Assembly (NCBI GenBank): GCA_019117065.1
Contig: DXAK01000043.1
Location: 124,671 to 188,670, forward strand
Length of the DNA stretch: 64,000 nt
Direction of reading: 5' to 3'
Source: Candidatus Mediterraneibacter pullicola
GTDB lineage: Bacteria > Bacillota > Clostridia > Lachnospirales > Lachnospiraceae
The translations under genes were made by a program, and so were the position numbers. The notes under the pieces were generated by a model that worked only from the letters and a program-made list of their open reading frames with translations, was not told where the DNA came from and did not search any database. Below, in pieces: positions 1 to 9,615 of the stretch; the first letter of the stretch is position 1; each line of letters begins with the position of its first letter.

Positions 1-1
1 C

Positions 2-2017
2 AGTGAAAACATATTTCCGATTATAAAGAAATGGGTCTACTCGGATCATGACATCTTTGTCCGTGAGATGGTATCTAACGGATGCGACGCCATCACTAAG
101 CTGAAGAAGCTGGACATGATGGGCGAGTACGAGATCCCAGATGGTTATAAGCCGAAGATTCAGGTTATTGTCAACCCGGAAGAAAAAACGATGAAATTCA
201 TCGACAATGGTCTCGGAATGACAGCGGACGAAGTGGAAGAGTATATTACGCAGATTGCATTTTCAGGAGCGACACAGTTCCTTGAGAAATACAAAGACAA
301 GACCACAGAGGACGATATGATTGGTCATTTTGGACTTGGATTTTACTCTGCGTTCATGGTTGCGGACGAGGTGCAGATCGACACGCTCTCCTATAAAGAA
401 GGAGCTGTCCCCGTACACTGGGCAAGTCAGGGAGGTACAGAATATGAGATGCAGGACGGAAACCGCACAGAAGTGGGAACGGAGATCACGCTATTCTTAA
501 ATGAGGACAGTCTTGCTTTTGCAAATGAGTACCGTGCCCGCGAAGTGCTGCAGAAATACTGTTCTTTCATGCCGGTAGAGATCTTCCTATCCAAAGCAAA
601 CGCCGAGCCAGAATATGACACTATCGACGAGGCGGATCTTCTCGATACGGACGAGGTGGTGGAGCATATCACCGAGGAACCGAAAGAAGGGGAGGAAGGC
701 GAGCCGAAGAAAAAGGTCAAGATCGTAAGGCGTCCGGTTTCCATAAGCGACATACATCCGCTTTGGGGCAAGAATCCGAGCGAGTGTACAAAAGAGGAGT
801 ATATTGATTTCTACCGCAAAGTATTCATGGATTATAAGGAGCCTCTGTTCTGGATTCATCTGAACATGGACTATCCGTTTAACTTAAAGGGAATCCTCTA
901 TTTCCCGAAGATCAATACGGAATACGAGTCCATTGAGGGAACCATCAAGCTGTACAACAATCAGGTGTTTATCGCCGATAATATTAAAGAAGTGATCCCC
1001 GAGTTCCTAATGGTATTAAAGGGCGTCATCGACTGCCCGGACCTGCCGCTCAATGTTTCCCGAAGCGCGCTTCAGAATGATGGATTCGTAAATAAAGTGG
1101 CGGATTATATTTCCAAGAAGGTGGCGGATAGGCTGGCCGGAATGTTTAAGACAGACCGTGAAAATTACGAAAAATACTGGGATGACATCAGCCCGTTTAT
1201 CAAGTTTGGCTGCCTGAAGGATGAAAAATTCGGTGAGAAGATGAAAGATTCCATGATCTACAAGAATCTGGATCACAAGTATCTGACACTGGAAGATATC
1301 ATCAAGGAGAGCAAGGGTGCTGAAGGAGAAGATACACAGACAGACAGCGCGCAGGCTGATAATACAGAGGTAGAAGAAAATGCCGCTGCTGATAATGCGG
1401 AAGCGGAGAAGACCAGCATCTACTATGTAACGGACGAGGTACAGCAGAGCCAGTACGTCAATATGTTCAAGGCGCAGGGACAGGACGCCATCATCCTGAC
1501 CCACAACATTGATTCCGCGTTCGTGACCTATCTGGAACAGAAGCATCAAGACGTGCAGTTCCTCCGCATCGACGCGGATGTGCACTCATCTCTGAAAGAC
1601 GAGGTTGCGGAGGATGAGAAGGAATCCTTCCAGAAAACTGCGGACAGCCTTGTGGAAATCTTCCGTAAAGAGTTGAACAATGACAAGCTGGATGTAAAAG
1701 TGGAGAAATTAAAAGACGATAAGGTGGCTTCCATGGCAGTTCTTTCTGAGCAGGACCGCCGTATGGCAGAAATGATGAAGATGTACGGCATGGGAGGCAT
1801 GGACCCGTCGATGTTTGGCAGTCAGGCGACTTTGGTGCTCAATGCGAACCACCCGCTTGTGAAATTCCTATCAGAGCACAAGCGCAGCAAGAGCGTGCCC
1901 GTCATCTGTAAACAGCTTTACGATCTGGCCATGCTGGCGCACAAGCCGTTAAGCCCGGAAGAAATGACAGCGTTCGTGCAGAGAAGTAATGAGATCATGA
2001 TGCTGCTGACAAAATAA
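2..2017 (+). CDS. htpG: Chaperone HtpG (Hsp90 family), 5' end cut by window edge
   Basis: Frame open from nt 2 (SENIFPIIKKWVYSDHDIFVRE precedes the first Met at 68). GHKL ATPase motifs present (VSNGCDA, DNGLGM, GHFGLGFYSAF), plus complete middle and C-terminal domains. Confidence 0.93.
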   Translation, partial: SENIFPIIKKWVYSDHDIFVREMVSNGCDAITKLKKLDMMGEYEIPDGYKPKIQVIVNPEEKTMKFIDNGLGMTADEVEEYITQIAFSGATQFLEKYKDKTTEDDMIGHFGLGFYSAFMVADEVQIDTLSYKEGAVPVHWASQGGTEYEMQDGNRTEVGTEITLFLNEDSLAFANEYRAREVLQKYCSFMPVEIFLSKANAEPEYDTIDEADLLDTDEVVEHITEEPKEGEEGEPKKKVKIVRRPVSISDIHPLWGKNPSECTKEEYIDFYRKVFMDYKEPLFWIHLNMDYPFNLKGILYFPKINTEYESIEGTIKLYNNQVFIADNIKEVIPEFLMVLKGVIDCPDLPLNVSRSALQNDGFVNKVADYISKKVADRLAGMFKTDRENYEKYWDDISPFIKFGCLKDEKFGEKMKDSMIYKNLDHKYLTLEDIIKESKGAEGEDTQTDSAQADNTEVEENAAADNAEAEKTSIYYVTDEVQQSQYVNMFKAQGQDAIILTHNIDSAFVTYLEQKHQDVQFLRIDADVHSSLKDEVAEDEKESFQKTADSLVEIFRKELNNDKLDVKVEKLKDDKVASMAVLSEQDRRMAEMMKMYGMGGMDPSMFGSQATLVLNANHPLVKFLSEHKRSKSVPVICKQLYDLAMLAHKPLSPEEMTAFVQRSNEIMMLLTK

Positions 2018-2058
2018 AGAGGGATGAAAAATACATCTTTCCGGAATAGATGACGTAT

Positions 2059-2136
2059 GTTCCCGGGACTGTATCATAACGCAAAACAGTTTTGCTCTAC
2101 TTCAAAGTTTTGCTTATACGATACAGCTCCGGGAAC
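2059..2136. terminator. Long imperfect inverted repeat, probable htpG terminator
   Basis: GTTCCCGGGACTGTATCATAACGCAAAAC ... GTTTTGCTTATACGATACAGCTCCGGGAAC (29/30-nt arms, 19-nt loop) followed by TTCTTTATT. Begins 42 nt after the htpG stop. Confidence 0.5.
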
Positions 2137-2291
2137 TTCTTTATTCGTAGTGTCCTCCTGTTGCAGCGCGCCGGATGCGCCCATCTTCGGATCATAAGGT
2201 TTCTGCCGGTTTTATCCTACACTTTCGAGCCGCTTGAAGGTCAAGAGAAATTCGAGGATATTTTCAAAAATCAGCAATTATCCCGCGAAAA

Positions 2292-2777
2292 TCAGATTTT
2301 TTCGGTTGCGATTTCTTTTTGGAGGAAGAACTTTTCCACCATCTCATCCCACGCGTGTTCCAGCGTCTTGTCCATGGTAAACGTCTTAAATGACGTCCCG
2401 GTTACGCAGGAGAGCCGTGTTCCGTCGTAATGGATGTTCAGATACAATCCCTGTACGCTCTCTGGATCAGTGGGGAGAGAGTTTTGTTCGATCAGCCGCC
2501 CGATGTTTTTTCGGGACAGACTGAAAACGAACCGAAAGCTAAGGGGCGTGCGCTTCCCTTTGATCAGGGAGAAGCAGTATTCGCGCACGTTTTTCCATGG
2601 GGAATACTCGGGAAGTTCCATGCCCGAGTCAAAGAAATCTTTCTGGATGAAGCCGTCGATCTTAAATGTATTAAACGTCACGATCTGCCCCTCAATAAAC
2701 GCAAAATTGTCAAATGTATCAAGAAGAAGGAGATGTGACATAGATTCTTTGATATTTGTCAGGGAAAATGCAATCAT
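2292..2777 (-). CDS. Conserved hypothetical cytoplasmic protein (161 aa)
   Basis: The 346-aa track ORF is trimmed to the internal ATG at 2777, which is preceded by AAAAGGAG with a 6-nt spacer. The discarded N-terminal part overlaps the convergent SGNH gene and is low-complexity. The product MIAFSLTNIKESMSHLLLLDTFDNFAFIEGQ... looks like a real globular protein. Confidence 0.6.
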   Translation of the reverse strand: MIAFSLTNIKESMSHLLLLDTFDNFAFIEGQIVTFNTFKIDGFIQKDFFDSGMELPEYSPWKNVREYCFSLIKGKRTPLSFRFVFSLSRKNIGRLIEQNSLPTDPESVQGLYLNIHYDGTRLSCVTGTSFKTFTMDKTLEHAWDEMVEKFFLQKEIATEKI

Positions 2778-2984
2778 AATATGCTCCTTTTGTGTGTTCT
2801 GGAACTTTGATTCCGGGGGGAAGAATATCCCTTCTGTCTGCGATTCATTGTACCACAAAACGGGAGTGCCGTCATTGACTTTTGCCTGTAAAAAAAGTAT
2901 TATTATAGAGGTATTATGGAGTAGTATTGCTATGTGCTGTCTGGAGGAGACAGTGTGTGATTTGTATAGAGAGATAGTGATAGA

Positions 2985-3740
2985 ATGATAAAAATAAACC
3001 AAAAGACAAAGAGGAAGCTTCTCATGGGGATATGTGCGGCGGCAGCGATGCTTGTGTTTATTCTTGCCGCGCGCGCGATAAGATCCCTTTTTGGCGGAGA
3101 AGCGGATACCTCGGCGGGAGTGGAATACATTAAGCAGGAAGAGGCAGGGGATATCAGCGCCATCGAGGCGAAGATTGATCTTCTGGAGCGGCAGGACGCC
3201 GGAGAGAACGATGAGAGAAGTATCAAAGAAAAGTTTTCCGGGGCAGTAGTAATCGGGGATTCGATCGCACTGGGATTTGAGGAGTATGATGTCCTCAACG
3301 CGTCGAGTGTAGCGGCGGAGATTGGCGTTCATTTAACCCAGATGGACGAACTGATCGCTAAGGTGAAGGACTTAAGTCCCGGTATTATTTTTATTGCCAT
3401 GGGATCAAATGACGTGACCGCTACAAACGGTGATACAGAGGAATTTATATCCCGTTATCAGGATGTGATTGATCAGCTCCAAAAGGAGGTTCCGGACGCG
3501 CATATTTTTGTTAATGCGGTTTTTCCCGTTCAGGACAAGGCCGTTGAGGAGGAGCCCGGACTTGCTAATATTGCAGATTATAATGCTGCGCTAAAGGAGA
3601 TGTGCAATAGTAAAACGATTGGGTTTATCGACAATACGCAGATCGTGTCGGAAGAGTATTTTGAACCGGATGGCATACATTTCAAGGCGGCGTTTTATCC
3701 GGTATGGGCGCAGCGTATGGCGGAGGTGGCGTCATTATGA
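2985..3740 (+). CDS. Membrane-anchored SGNH/GDSL hydrolase
   Basis: N-terminal TM helix. SGNH blocks present: VVIGDSIALG (block I), AMGSNDV (block III), DGIHF (block V). Confidence 0.85.
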   Translation: MIKINQKTKRKLLMGICAAAAMLVFILAARAIRSLFGGEADTSAGVEYIKQEEAGDISAIEAKIDLLERQDAGENDERSIKEKFSGAVVIGDSIALGFEEYDVLNASSVAAEIGVHLTQMDELIAKVKDLSPGIIFIAMGSNDVTATNGDTEEFISRYQDVIDQLQKEVPDAHIFVNAVFPVQDKAVEEEPGLANIADYNAALKEMCNSKTIGFIDNTQIVSEEYFEPDGIHFKAAFYPVWAQRMAEVASL

Positions 3741-4222
3741 CAAAAGAGAGATTTGCAAAAGGCGGCATTATAAAATACGTTGTGCTAGTGCTAATTGTGA
3801 TCTTTATCGTGATTCTTATGCTTTATACGAGTGGGAGTAGCAAGCCTTTTGAGGAGATCAGGCAGTCTGTTGCAAGCGTTCTGGACAAAAGTAACCTCAA
3901 AGAGAAGGATGAAGCCTCGTTTAAAAGGAATACAGGACTGAATGCGGCGGATTACTCGGGGGTGATGTACTATGCCTCCGAGTCCAATCTGTCGGCAGAG
4001 GAGGTTCTGCTGATTCGGGTGAGGAGCGGCAGCCAGATACAGGAAGTAAGGGAAACGCTTGAGGCACGTATCGACAGCTGTATCAGTGATTTTGACGGGT
4101 ATGTTCCTGAGGAAGTGAAGTTGCTGGAAGAAGCGGTGCTGAATGTGAGAGGGAATTATATTTTCTTCGCAGTGGCTCCGAAGGCGGAGGAATATCTGGA
4201 AGCTTTTAGGAACAGTCTGTAA
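3737..4222 (+). CDS. Membrane-anchored protein, DUF4358-like (family assignment tentative)
   Basis: ATG at 3737 has a GGAGGTGG RBS and forms an ATGA overlap with the upstream stop. One N-terminal TM helix followed by a soluble domain. Such genes typically accompany MBOAT/DHHW genes in Clostridia. Confidence 0.65.
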   Translation: MTKERFAKGGIIKYVVLVLIVIFIVILMLYTSGSSKPFEEIRQSVASVLDKSNLKEKDEASFKRNTGLNAADYSGVMYYASESNLSAEEVLLIRVRSGSQIQEVRETLEARIDSCISDFDGYVPEEVKLLEEAVLNVRGNYIFFAVAPKAEEYLEAFRNSL

Positions 4223-4240
4223 AAGAGAGGAACATACAGG

Positions 4241-5650
4241 ATGTTATTTAGCAGTATTACATTTTTGTTTTTATTTCTGCCGGTTGTGCTGGCAGTCTAC
4301 TATCTGGTTCCGTGGAAGGTGAAGAATATTGCCCTGCTTATAGCTAGTCTTTTCTTCTATGCGTGGGGAGAGCCGGTCTATGTGGTGCTTATGGTTCTTT
4401 CCATCCTGCTGAACTATTTCTGTGCCCGGGATATCAAAGAGAATGAGAATGAGCCCGTAAAGGCAAAATTCAACGTAGTTTTTGCAGTGGCGGTAAATCT
4501 GTTCATTCTGGGATTCTTTAAATACTACGGATTTCTTCTGGATACAATCAATGCCGTGTTTTCCACGGAGATCGCATACAGAGAACTTCCCCTTCCGGTG
4601 GGTATCTCTTTCTATACATTTCAGGCAATATCTTATATCGTGGACATTTACCGGGGGAAGGCGCAACCCCAGAAGAATATCCTTTATTTTGCTCTGTATA
4701 TCAGCATGTTTCCGCAGCTCATTGCCGGACCTATCGTGCGCTATGAGGATATTGAGGCGCAGCTTAAGCACAGACGGCTCTCCTTGCAGCGCTTGGGACA
4801 GGGAGCCATGTATTTCATCATCGGTCTGGCGAAGAAAACCGTCATCGCAAATTCAGTGGGAGCGGTCTTTGAGCAGATTTCGGAAATGCCTGCGGGCAGT
4901 CTTTCCGTGCTTACGGCATGGCTGGGGGCATTTTCTTATGCGTTCCAGATTTATTTTGACTTCAGCGGATATTCAGATATGGCGGTAGGCCTTGGCAAGA
5001 TGTTCGGCTTCGAGTTTAAGAAGAACTTTGATTATCCGTATATATCAAAGAGTGTAACGGAGTTCTGGAGACGGTGGCATATTTCCCTGAGCACGTGGTT
5101 CAGGGAGTATGTGTATATCCCGCTTGGCGGCAACCGATGTTCCGTGTCCAGAAATATCTTCAATCTGATGGTCGTGTGGGTGCTGACGGGGATGTGGCAC
5201 GGCGCGGCGTGGAATTTTATCGCGTGGGGCGTGTATTACGGCGTTATCCTTGTGATGGAGAAGTATGTGTGGGGCGCATCTCTGGACATGCTTCCGAATC
5301 CGATGAGGCATATCTATACCGGGATCATGGTGCTGGTGGGATGGGTGCTTTTCTTCAGCCCAAGCCTTGGCTATGCTTTGCGCTATCTCGGGGCGATGAT
5401 CGGAGGCGGAACAGGCATTGTGGACAATCAGGGAGCGTTTCTCCTTTTTGGTCACTGGTTGCTGTATCTGCTGGCAGTGCTCGGCTCATCGTCTCTGGGG
5501 ATGCGGCTTGTCAATGCGGTGCCGCGCATGGCGCGAAGCGCAAGGGCGCAGGCGGCTGTCTCGGTGGTCATCTACATGGGGATCTTCGTGATATCTGTCG
5601 CGTTTTTGGTGACGGATACATTTAATCCGTTTTTGTATTTCAGATTTTAG
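4241..5650 (+). CDS. MBOAT family O-acyltransferase (AlgI/DltB-like)
   Basis: Polytopic membrane protein with the conserved MBOAT core (FDFSGYSDMA, EFWRRWHISLSTWFREYVYIPLGG). Confidence 0.9.
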   Translation: MLFSSITFLFLFLPVVLAVYYLVPWKVKNIALLIASLFFYAWGEPVYVVLMVLSILLNYFCARDIKENENEPVKAKFNVVFAVAVNLFILGFFKYYGFLLDTINAVFSTEIAYRELPLPVGISFYTFQAISYIVDIYRGKAQPQKNILYFALYISMFPQLIAGPIVRYEDIEAQLKHRRLSLQRLGQGAMYFIIGLAKKTVIANSVGAVFEQISEMPAGSLSVLTAWLGAFSYAFQIYFDFSGYSDMAVGLGKMFGFEFKKNFDYPYISKSVTEFWRRWHISLSTWFREYVYIPLGGNRCSVSRNIFNLMVVWVLTGMWHGAAWNFIAWGVYYGVILVMEKYVWGASLDMLPNPMRHIYTGIMVLVGWVLFFSPSLGYALRYLGAMIGGGTGIVDNQGAFLLFGHWLLYLLAVLGSSSLGMRLVNAVPRMARSARAQAAVSVVIYMGIFVISVAFLVTDTFNPFLYFRF

Positions 5651-5658
5651 GTGAGACT

Positions 5659-6813
5659 ATGGATAAGAGAAAAAGAAAAGGGCGTATTGAGAGCCTGATT
5701 GGTAAAATCTTTATACTGAGCCTGCTCCTTGTGATGATCGTGAACCTGATACTTCCGGATAAGGAGACGTCCGACGAGGAGAACCGGGTGCTCCAGTCTG
5801 CGCCGGGGATCAGTCTGACTTCGGTTATGACGGGGGACTTCATGGAACAGTGGGAGAGCTATTTAAGCGACCAGTTCGCCGGGAGAAATATATGGCGAGG
5901 CCTCAAGGTGTCTCTCGACCGTCTGGGCGGAAGCAGGATGGAAAACGGCGTTTACATCGGAAAGGATGGACAACTTCTTGAGGATATCGCTCTGCCGGAT
6001 GAAGAACAGTATTCGGCGAATATTGAGGCGGTGAAAAACTTTGCAGAGACGTATTCGGACATTCCGGTCACTGTCATGCTTGTGCCGGACGCTGCCAGTA
6101 TCTTAAGCGGCAGCCTGCCTGCATTTGCCTCGGTGGAAGACCAGAGGCAGATGTTCAGTATGGTGCAGAGAGGGCTTGGAGACTCGGTGAACTGGGTGGA
6201 TGCGTACTCGGTATTGAATAGCCATAAGACGGAGAAACTATACTATAAGACAGACCTGCACTGGACAACACAGGCTGCATTCTATGTATTTCGGGAGGCT
6301 GCGGCAGGACTCGGGATCGAGGGGGACGTGTCGGACGACTATGTGTCCTACACGGTGACGGACAGCTTCAATGGGGTACTGGCTTCTAAGAGCGGAGTAG
6401 GTCTGAATGAGAAGGAAAGCATTGAAATCTACGCGCCGGCATCCGGGGATGACGATGTGGTTGTAAACTATGTGGATGAGGCGAAGAAGACCTCTTCCTT
6501 GTATGATTCCTCTAAGCTGGAGACGCGGGATAAATACGCGGTATTTCTGGGAGGAAACACATCTGTCATGGATATAAGGACGGTGTCTCCAAGCGGCAAA
6601 AGACTGCTTGTAGTCAAGGATTCTTTCGCAAACTGTTTTATTCCTTTCTTGACGCCACATTACAGGGAGATCGTTGTTGTGGATCCCAGATATTACAGTG
6701 GTACGATGCGGGATATTATGGATGCTTACAGGATTACGGACACACTGATCCTGTACAGTGGGAATACGTTTTTTACAGATAATCATATCAGCGGAGTGTT
6801 TTCAGGTGAGTAA
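5659..6813 (+). CDS. DHHW / AlgJ-AlgX-like extracytoplasmic O-acetyltransferase partner
   Basis: N-terminal TM anchor. YYKTDLHWT matches the D-x-H-W signature of the AlgJ/AlgX/DHHW family. Lies directly downstream of the MBOAT gene. Confidence 0.8.
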   Translation: MDKRKRKGRIESLIGKIFILSLLLVMIVNLILPDKETSDEENRVLQSAPGISLTSVMTGDFMEQWESYLSDQFAGRNIWRGLKVSLDRLGGSRMENGVYIGKDGQLLEDIALPDEEQYSANIEAVKNFAETYSDIPVTVMLVPDAASILSGSLPAFASVEDQRQMFSMVQRGLGDSVNWVDAYSVLNSHKTEKLYYKTDLHWTTQAAFYVFREAAAGLGIEGDVSDDYVSYTVTDSFNGVLASKSGVGLNEKESIEIYAPASGDDDVVVNYVDEAKKTSSLYDSSKLETRDKYAVFLGGNTSVMDIRTVSPSGKRLLVVKDSFANCFIPFLTPHYREIVVVDPRYYSGTMRDIMDAYRITDTLILYSGNTFFTDNHISGVFSGE

Positions 6814-7570
6814 TCGGATCAGAGAAGAATTTTTACAAAAGAAAGAGCCGGTAAGGTTGAATAAATATCTAAGTGAGGCGGGCATGTGTTCCAGAAGGGA
6901 GGCGGACCGCCTTATTGAAAGCGGAAAGGTGACCGTGGACGGGAGGCCGGCGCAGACTGGGATGAAGGTGTCTCCCGGGCAGGTCGTCCGGGTTGGCAGG
7001 AAGGTTGTGTCCAAGCAGGATGAGATGATCGTGCTGGCGGTGAACAAGCCAAGAGGCATCGTATGCACGGAGGAGCGGCGGGAGAGGAACAGCATTGTCC
7101 GTTTTCTGGACTACCCGGTGCGGGTGACCTACGCAGGCAGGCTTGATAAGGATTCCCGGGGACTGCTGCTTATGACAAATAACGGGGATATTATCAATCA
7201 GATGATGCGCGCTGCTAACTGCCATGAGAAAGAGTACAAGGTGACCGTGGATAAGGAGATCACGGCGGATTTCTTAAAACAGATGTCAGGGGGCGTGCCC
7301 ATACTGGATACGGTGACAAGACCGTGCAGGGTGGAAAAGCTGGGGAAATATACGTTTTCCATCACACTGACACAGGGGCTGAACCGCCAGATACGCAGGA
7401 TGTGCCAGGCTCTTGGATATGAGGTGAAGGATCTGGTGCGGATGCGTATCATGAATATCCGTCTGGGAAGCTTAAGAGAAGGGCAGCATAGGAAGCTGAC
7501 GGATGAAGAGCTGAACGGATTGTATGAGATGATGAAAGATTCACGGGGAGAAGATTATGGCAGAGACTAA
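6806..7570 (+). CDS. RsuA/RluF-family rRNA pseudouridine synthase
   Basis: S4 domain (RLNKYLSEAGMCSRREADRLIESGKVTVDG) and catalytic GRLDKDSRGLLLMTNNG. GTG at 6806 with GGAG 9 nt upstream overlaps the preceding stop. The exact start is uncertain (track ORF begins at 6758). Confidence 0.85.
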   Translation: MSNRIREEFLQKKEPVRLNKYLSEAGMCSRREADRLIESGKVTVDGRPAQTGMKVSPGQVVRVGRKVVSKQDEMIVLAVNKPRGIVCTEERRERNSIVRFLDYPVRVTYAGRLDKDSRGLLLMTNNGDIINQMMRAANCHEKEYKVTVDKEITADFLKQMSGGVPILDTVTRPCRVEKLGKYTFSITLTQGLNRQIRRMCQALGYEVKDLVRMRIMNIRLGSLREGQHRKLTDEELNGLYEMMKDSRGEDYGRD

Positions 7571-9527
7571 GAATAAGATGGAACGGATGCGTGAGCTGGT
7601 GGAACTTCTAAACCGGGCGCGCCGCGCTTATGAGCAGGAAGATCAGGAGATCATGAGCAACTTTGAATACGACAGGCTTTATGATGAATTGCTGGGACTG
7701 GAAAAAGAGTTAAACACGACCCTTGCGTCAAGCCCTACGGTCAACGTAGGGTACGAGGTGCTGAGTGAACTTCCCAAGGAAAGGCACGAGCGTCCGATGC
7801 TGTCGCTGGACAAGACAAAAGAGGTGACGCGTCTTAAGGAGTTTTTAGGAGAGCAGAAAGCGATGCTCTCATGGAAATTGGACGGTTTGACCATTGTGCT
7901 GACTTACCGGAACGGGGAACTTTTTAAGGCGGTCACGAGAGGAAACGGTGAGGTGGGAGAGGTCGTCACAAGCAATGCCCGCGTGTTCAGAAATATTCCT
8001 CTGCACATCCCCTATCAGGGAGAACTTGTACTGCGGGGCGAGGCGGTCATTTCTTATAAAGACTTTGAGAAGATTAACGAGGAGATCGGGGACGCGGACG
8101 CGAAATATAAGAATCCGAGAAACCTATGCAGCGGGTCTGTGCGTCAGCTCAACAGTGAGATCACAGCGAAACGTAGTGTGAGATTCTATGCTTTTACGCT
8201 GGTGAGCGCGGAGGATACTGAATTCCACAATTCAAGGCTGTATCAGATGCAGTGGCTTAAGGAGCAGGGATTTGACGTGGTAGAGCACCATTCGGTGACG
8301 CGGGAGACTATCGAAGATGAGGTGGAGTGGTTCGCCCGTCATATTGAGGCGAACGAGGTGCCTTCCGACGGTTTGGTGCTTGTGTATGACGACATCGCTT
8401 ACGGGCAATCGCTGGGATCAACGGCAAAGTTTCCGAGGGATTCTTTTGCGTTTAAATGGGCGGATGAGATCCGTGAGACAACACTTCTGGAGATTGAGTG
8501 GAGTCCGTCGAGGACCGGGCTGATCAACCCGGTGGCAATCTTCGAGCCTGTGGAGCTGGAGGGGACGACTGTGAGCCGTGCCAGCGTCCACAACATCAGT
8601 ATCATGGAGGAACTGGAGCTGGGAGTGGGTGACAGGATCACAGTGTATAAAGCAAACATGATTATTCCCCAGATCGCAGAAAACTTGACAAGGAGCGGAG
8701 TGAAAGATATTCCCTGTGCCTGTCCGGTGTGCGGGGGCGCAACAAAGATTTCTATGGACAATGAGGCAAAGACTTTGTATTGTACGAATCCGAAGTGTCA
8801 AGCGAAACATGTGAAGGCGTTCAGCCTGTTCGTGAGCAGGGACGCCATGAATATCGAGGGACTTTCCGAGGCGACGTTGGAAAAATTCATCGCCAGCGGA
8901 TATGTAAAGGATTTTACGGACATCTTTCATTTGGACCGATATGGGGAGGAGATTAAGTCCATGGAGGGTTTTGGGAAAAAATCTTACGAGAACCTTCAGG
9001 CAAGTATTCAGAATGCGCGAACGACTACTCTTCCCCGGTTGGTATACAGTCTCGGTATCCCCAATATCGGGGCGGCTAATGCGAAAGTTATCTGCCGGGC
9101 GTTGGGAAATGATCCAAAGAAAGTGGAGAATGCCACGGAGGAAGAACTCAGCGAGATTTCCGGCGTGGGAGAAGTGATCGCCCGCGCCTATGTGGATTAC
9201 TTTGCAGACGAGGAGAGAAGAGATGTGTTTGAGAGGCTTCTTGAGGAAGTAAAGATCCCAGAAGAAGAGGTGTCTGAGGACAGCCAGAAGTTCGAGGGAG
9301 TGAACTTTGTTATTACTGGGAGCGTGGAGCATTTTGCTAACCGCGCCGAAGTGAAAGAGGAGATCGAGAAGAGAGGCGGGAAAGTGACGGGGAGCGTGAC
9401 TTCTAAGACAAATTACTTGATTAACAATGATGTGAATTCCACTTCATCTAAAAATAAAAAGGCGAGAGAGCTGGGAGTGCCGATTATATCAGAGGAAGAA
9501 TTCCTGACAATGCTGAATGATTTATAG
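7557..9527 (+). CDS. ligA: NAD-dependent DNA ligase
   Basis: Adenylation motif SWKLDGLTIVL, OB fold, Cys4 zinc finger (CPVCGG...CTNPKC), HhH repeats and C-terminal BRCT domain. Confidence 0.95.
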   Translation: MAETKNKMERMRELVELLNRARRAYEQEDQEIMSNFEYDRLYDELLGLEKELNTTLASSPTVNVGYEVLSELPKERHERPMLSLDKTKEVTRLKEFLGEQKAMLSWKLDGLTIVLTYRNGELFKAVTRGNGEVGEVVTSNARVFRNIPLHIPYQGELVLRGEAVISYKDFEKINEEIGDADAKYKNPRNLCSGSVRQLNSEITAKRSVRFYAFTLVSAEDTEFHNSRLYQMQWLKEQGFDVVEHHSVTRETIEDEVEWFARHIEANEVPSDGLVLVYDDIAYGQSLGSTAKFPRDSFAFKWADEIRETTLLEIEWSPSRTGLINPVAIFEPVELEGTTVSRASVHNISIMEELELGVGDRITVYKANMIIPQIAENLTRSGVKDIPCACPVCGGATKISMDNEAKTLYCTNPKCQAKHVKAFSLFVSRDAMNIEGLSEATLEKFIASGYVKDFTDIFHLDRYGEEIKSMEGFGKKSYENLQASIQNARTTTLPRLVYSLGIPNIGAANAKVICRALGNDPKKVENATEEELSEISGVGEVIARAYVDYFADEERRDVFERLLEEVKIPEEEVSEDSQKFEGVNFVITGSVEHFANRAEVKEEIEKRGGKVTGSVTSKTNYLINNDVNSTSSKNKKARELGVPIISEEEFLTMLNDL

Positions 9528-9536
9528 AAAGTTCAT

Positions 9537-9565
9537 TTGTCTATTGGAGCGGTGTGTAATATAAT
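9537..9565 (+). promoter_or_regulatory. Sigma-A type promoter for clpX
   Basis: TTGTCT - 17 nt - TATAAT, about 50 nt upstream of the clpX ATG. Confidence 0.45.
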
Positions 9566-9615
9566 AGGAGCATAGTTTTGCAGACAGAAGGACAGCACAT
9601 AAAGAAGGGAGACTT

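Noticed and set aside
2778-3332. N-terminal 185 codons of the 346-aa minus-strand track ORF (2292-3332)
   Set aside because: It overlaps the well-supported SGNH gene on the other strand and is a low-complexity, arginine/histidine-rich translation. A strong RBS-ATG at 2777 gives a compact 161-aa protein instead.
8418-9332. Long antisense ORFs inside well-supported genes: 8418-9332 in ligA, 20417-21424 in pepD, 30475-31167 in ygeW, 47544-48230 in xdhD, 49762-50469 in modB, 55416-56033 in the PHP gene
   Set aside because: These are shadow frames typical of ~50% GC coding DNA. They have no RBS and no recognisable domains, and each lies fully within a gene with clear family motifs on the opposite strand.
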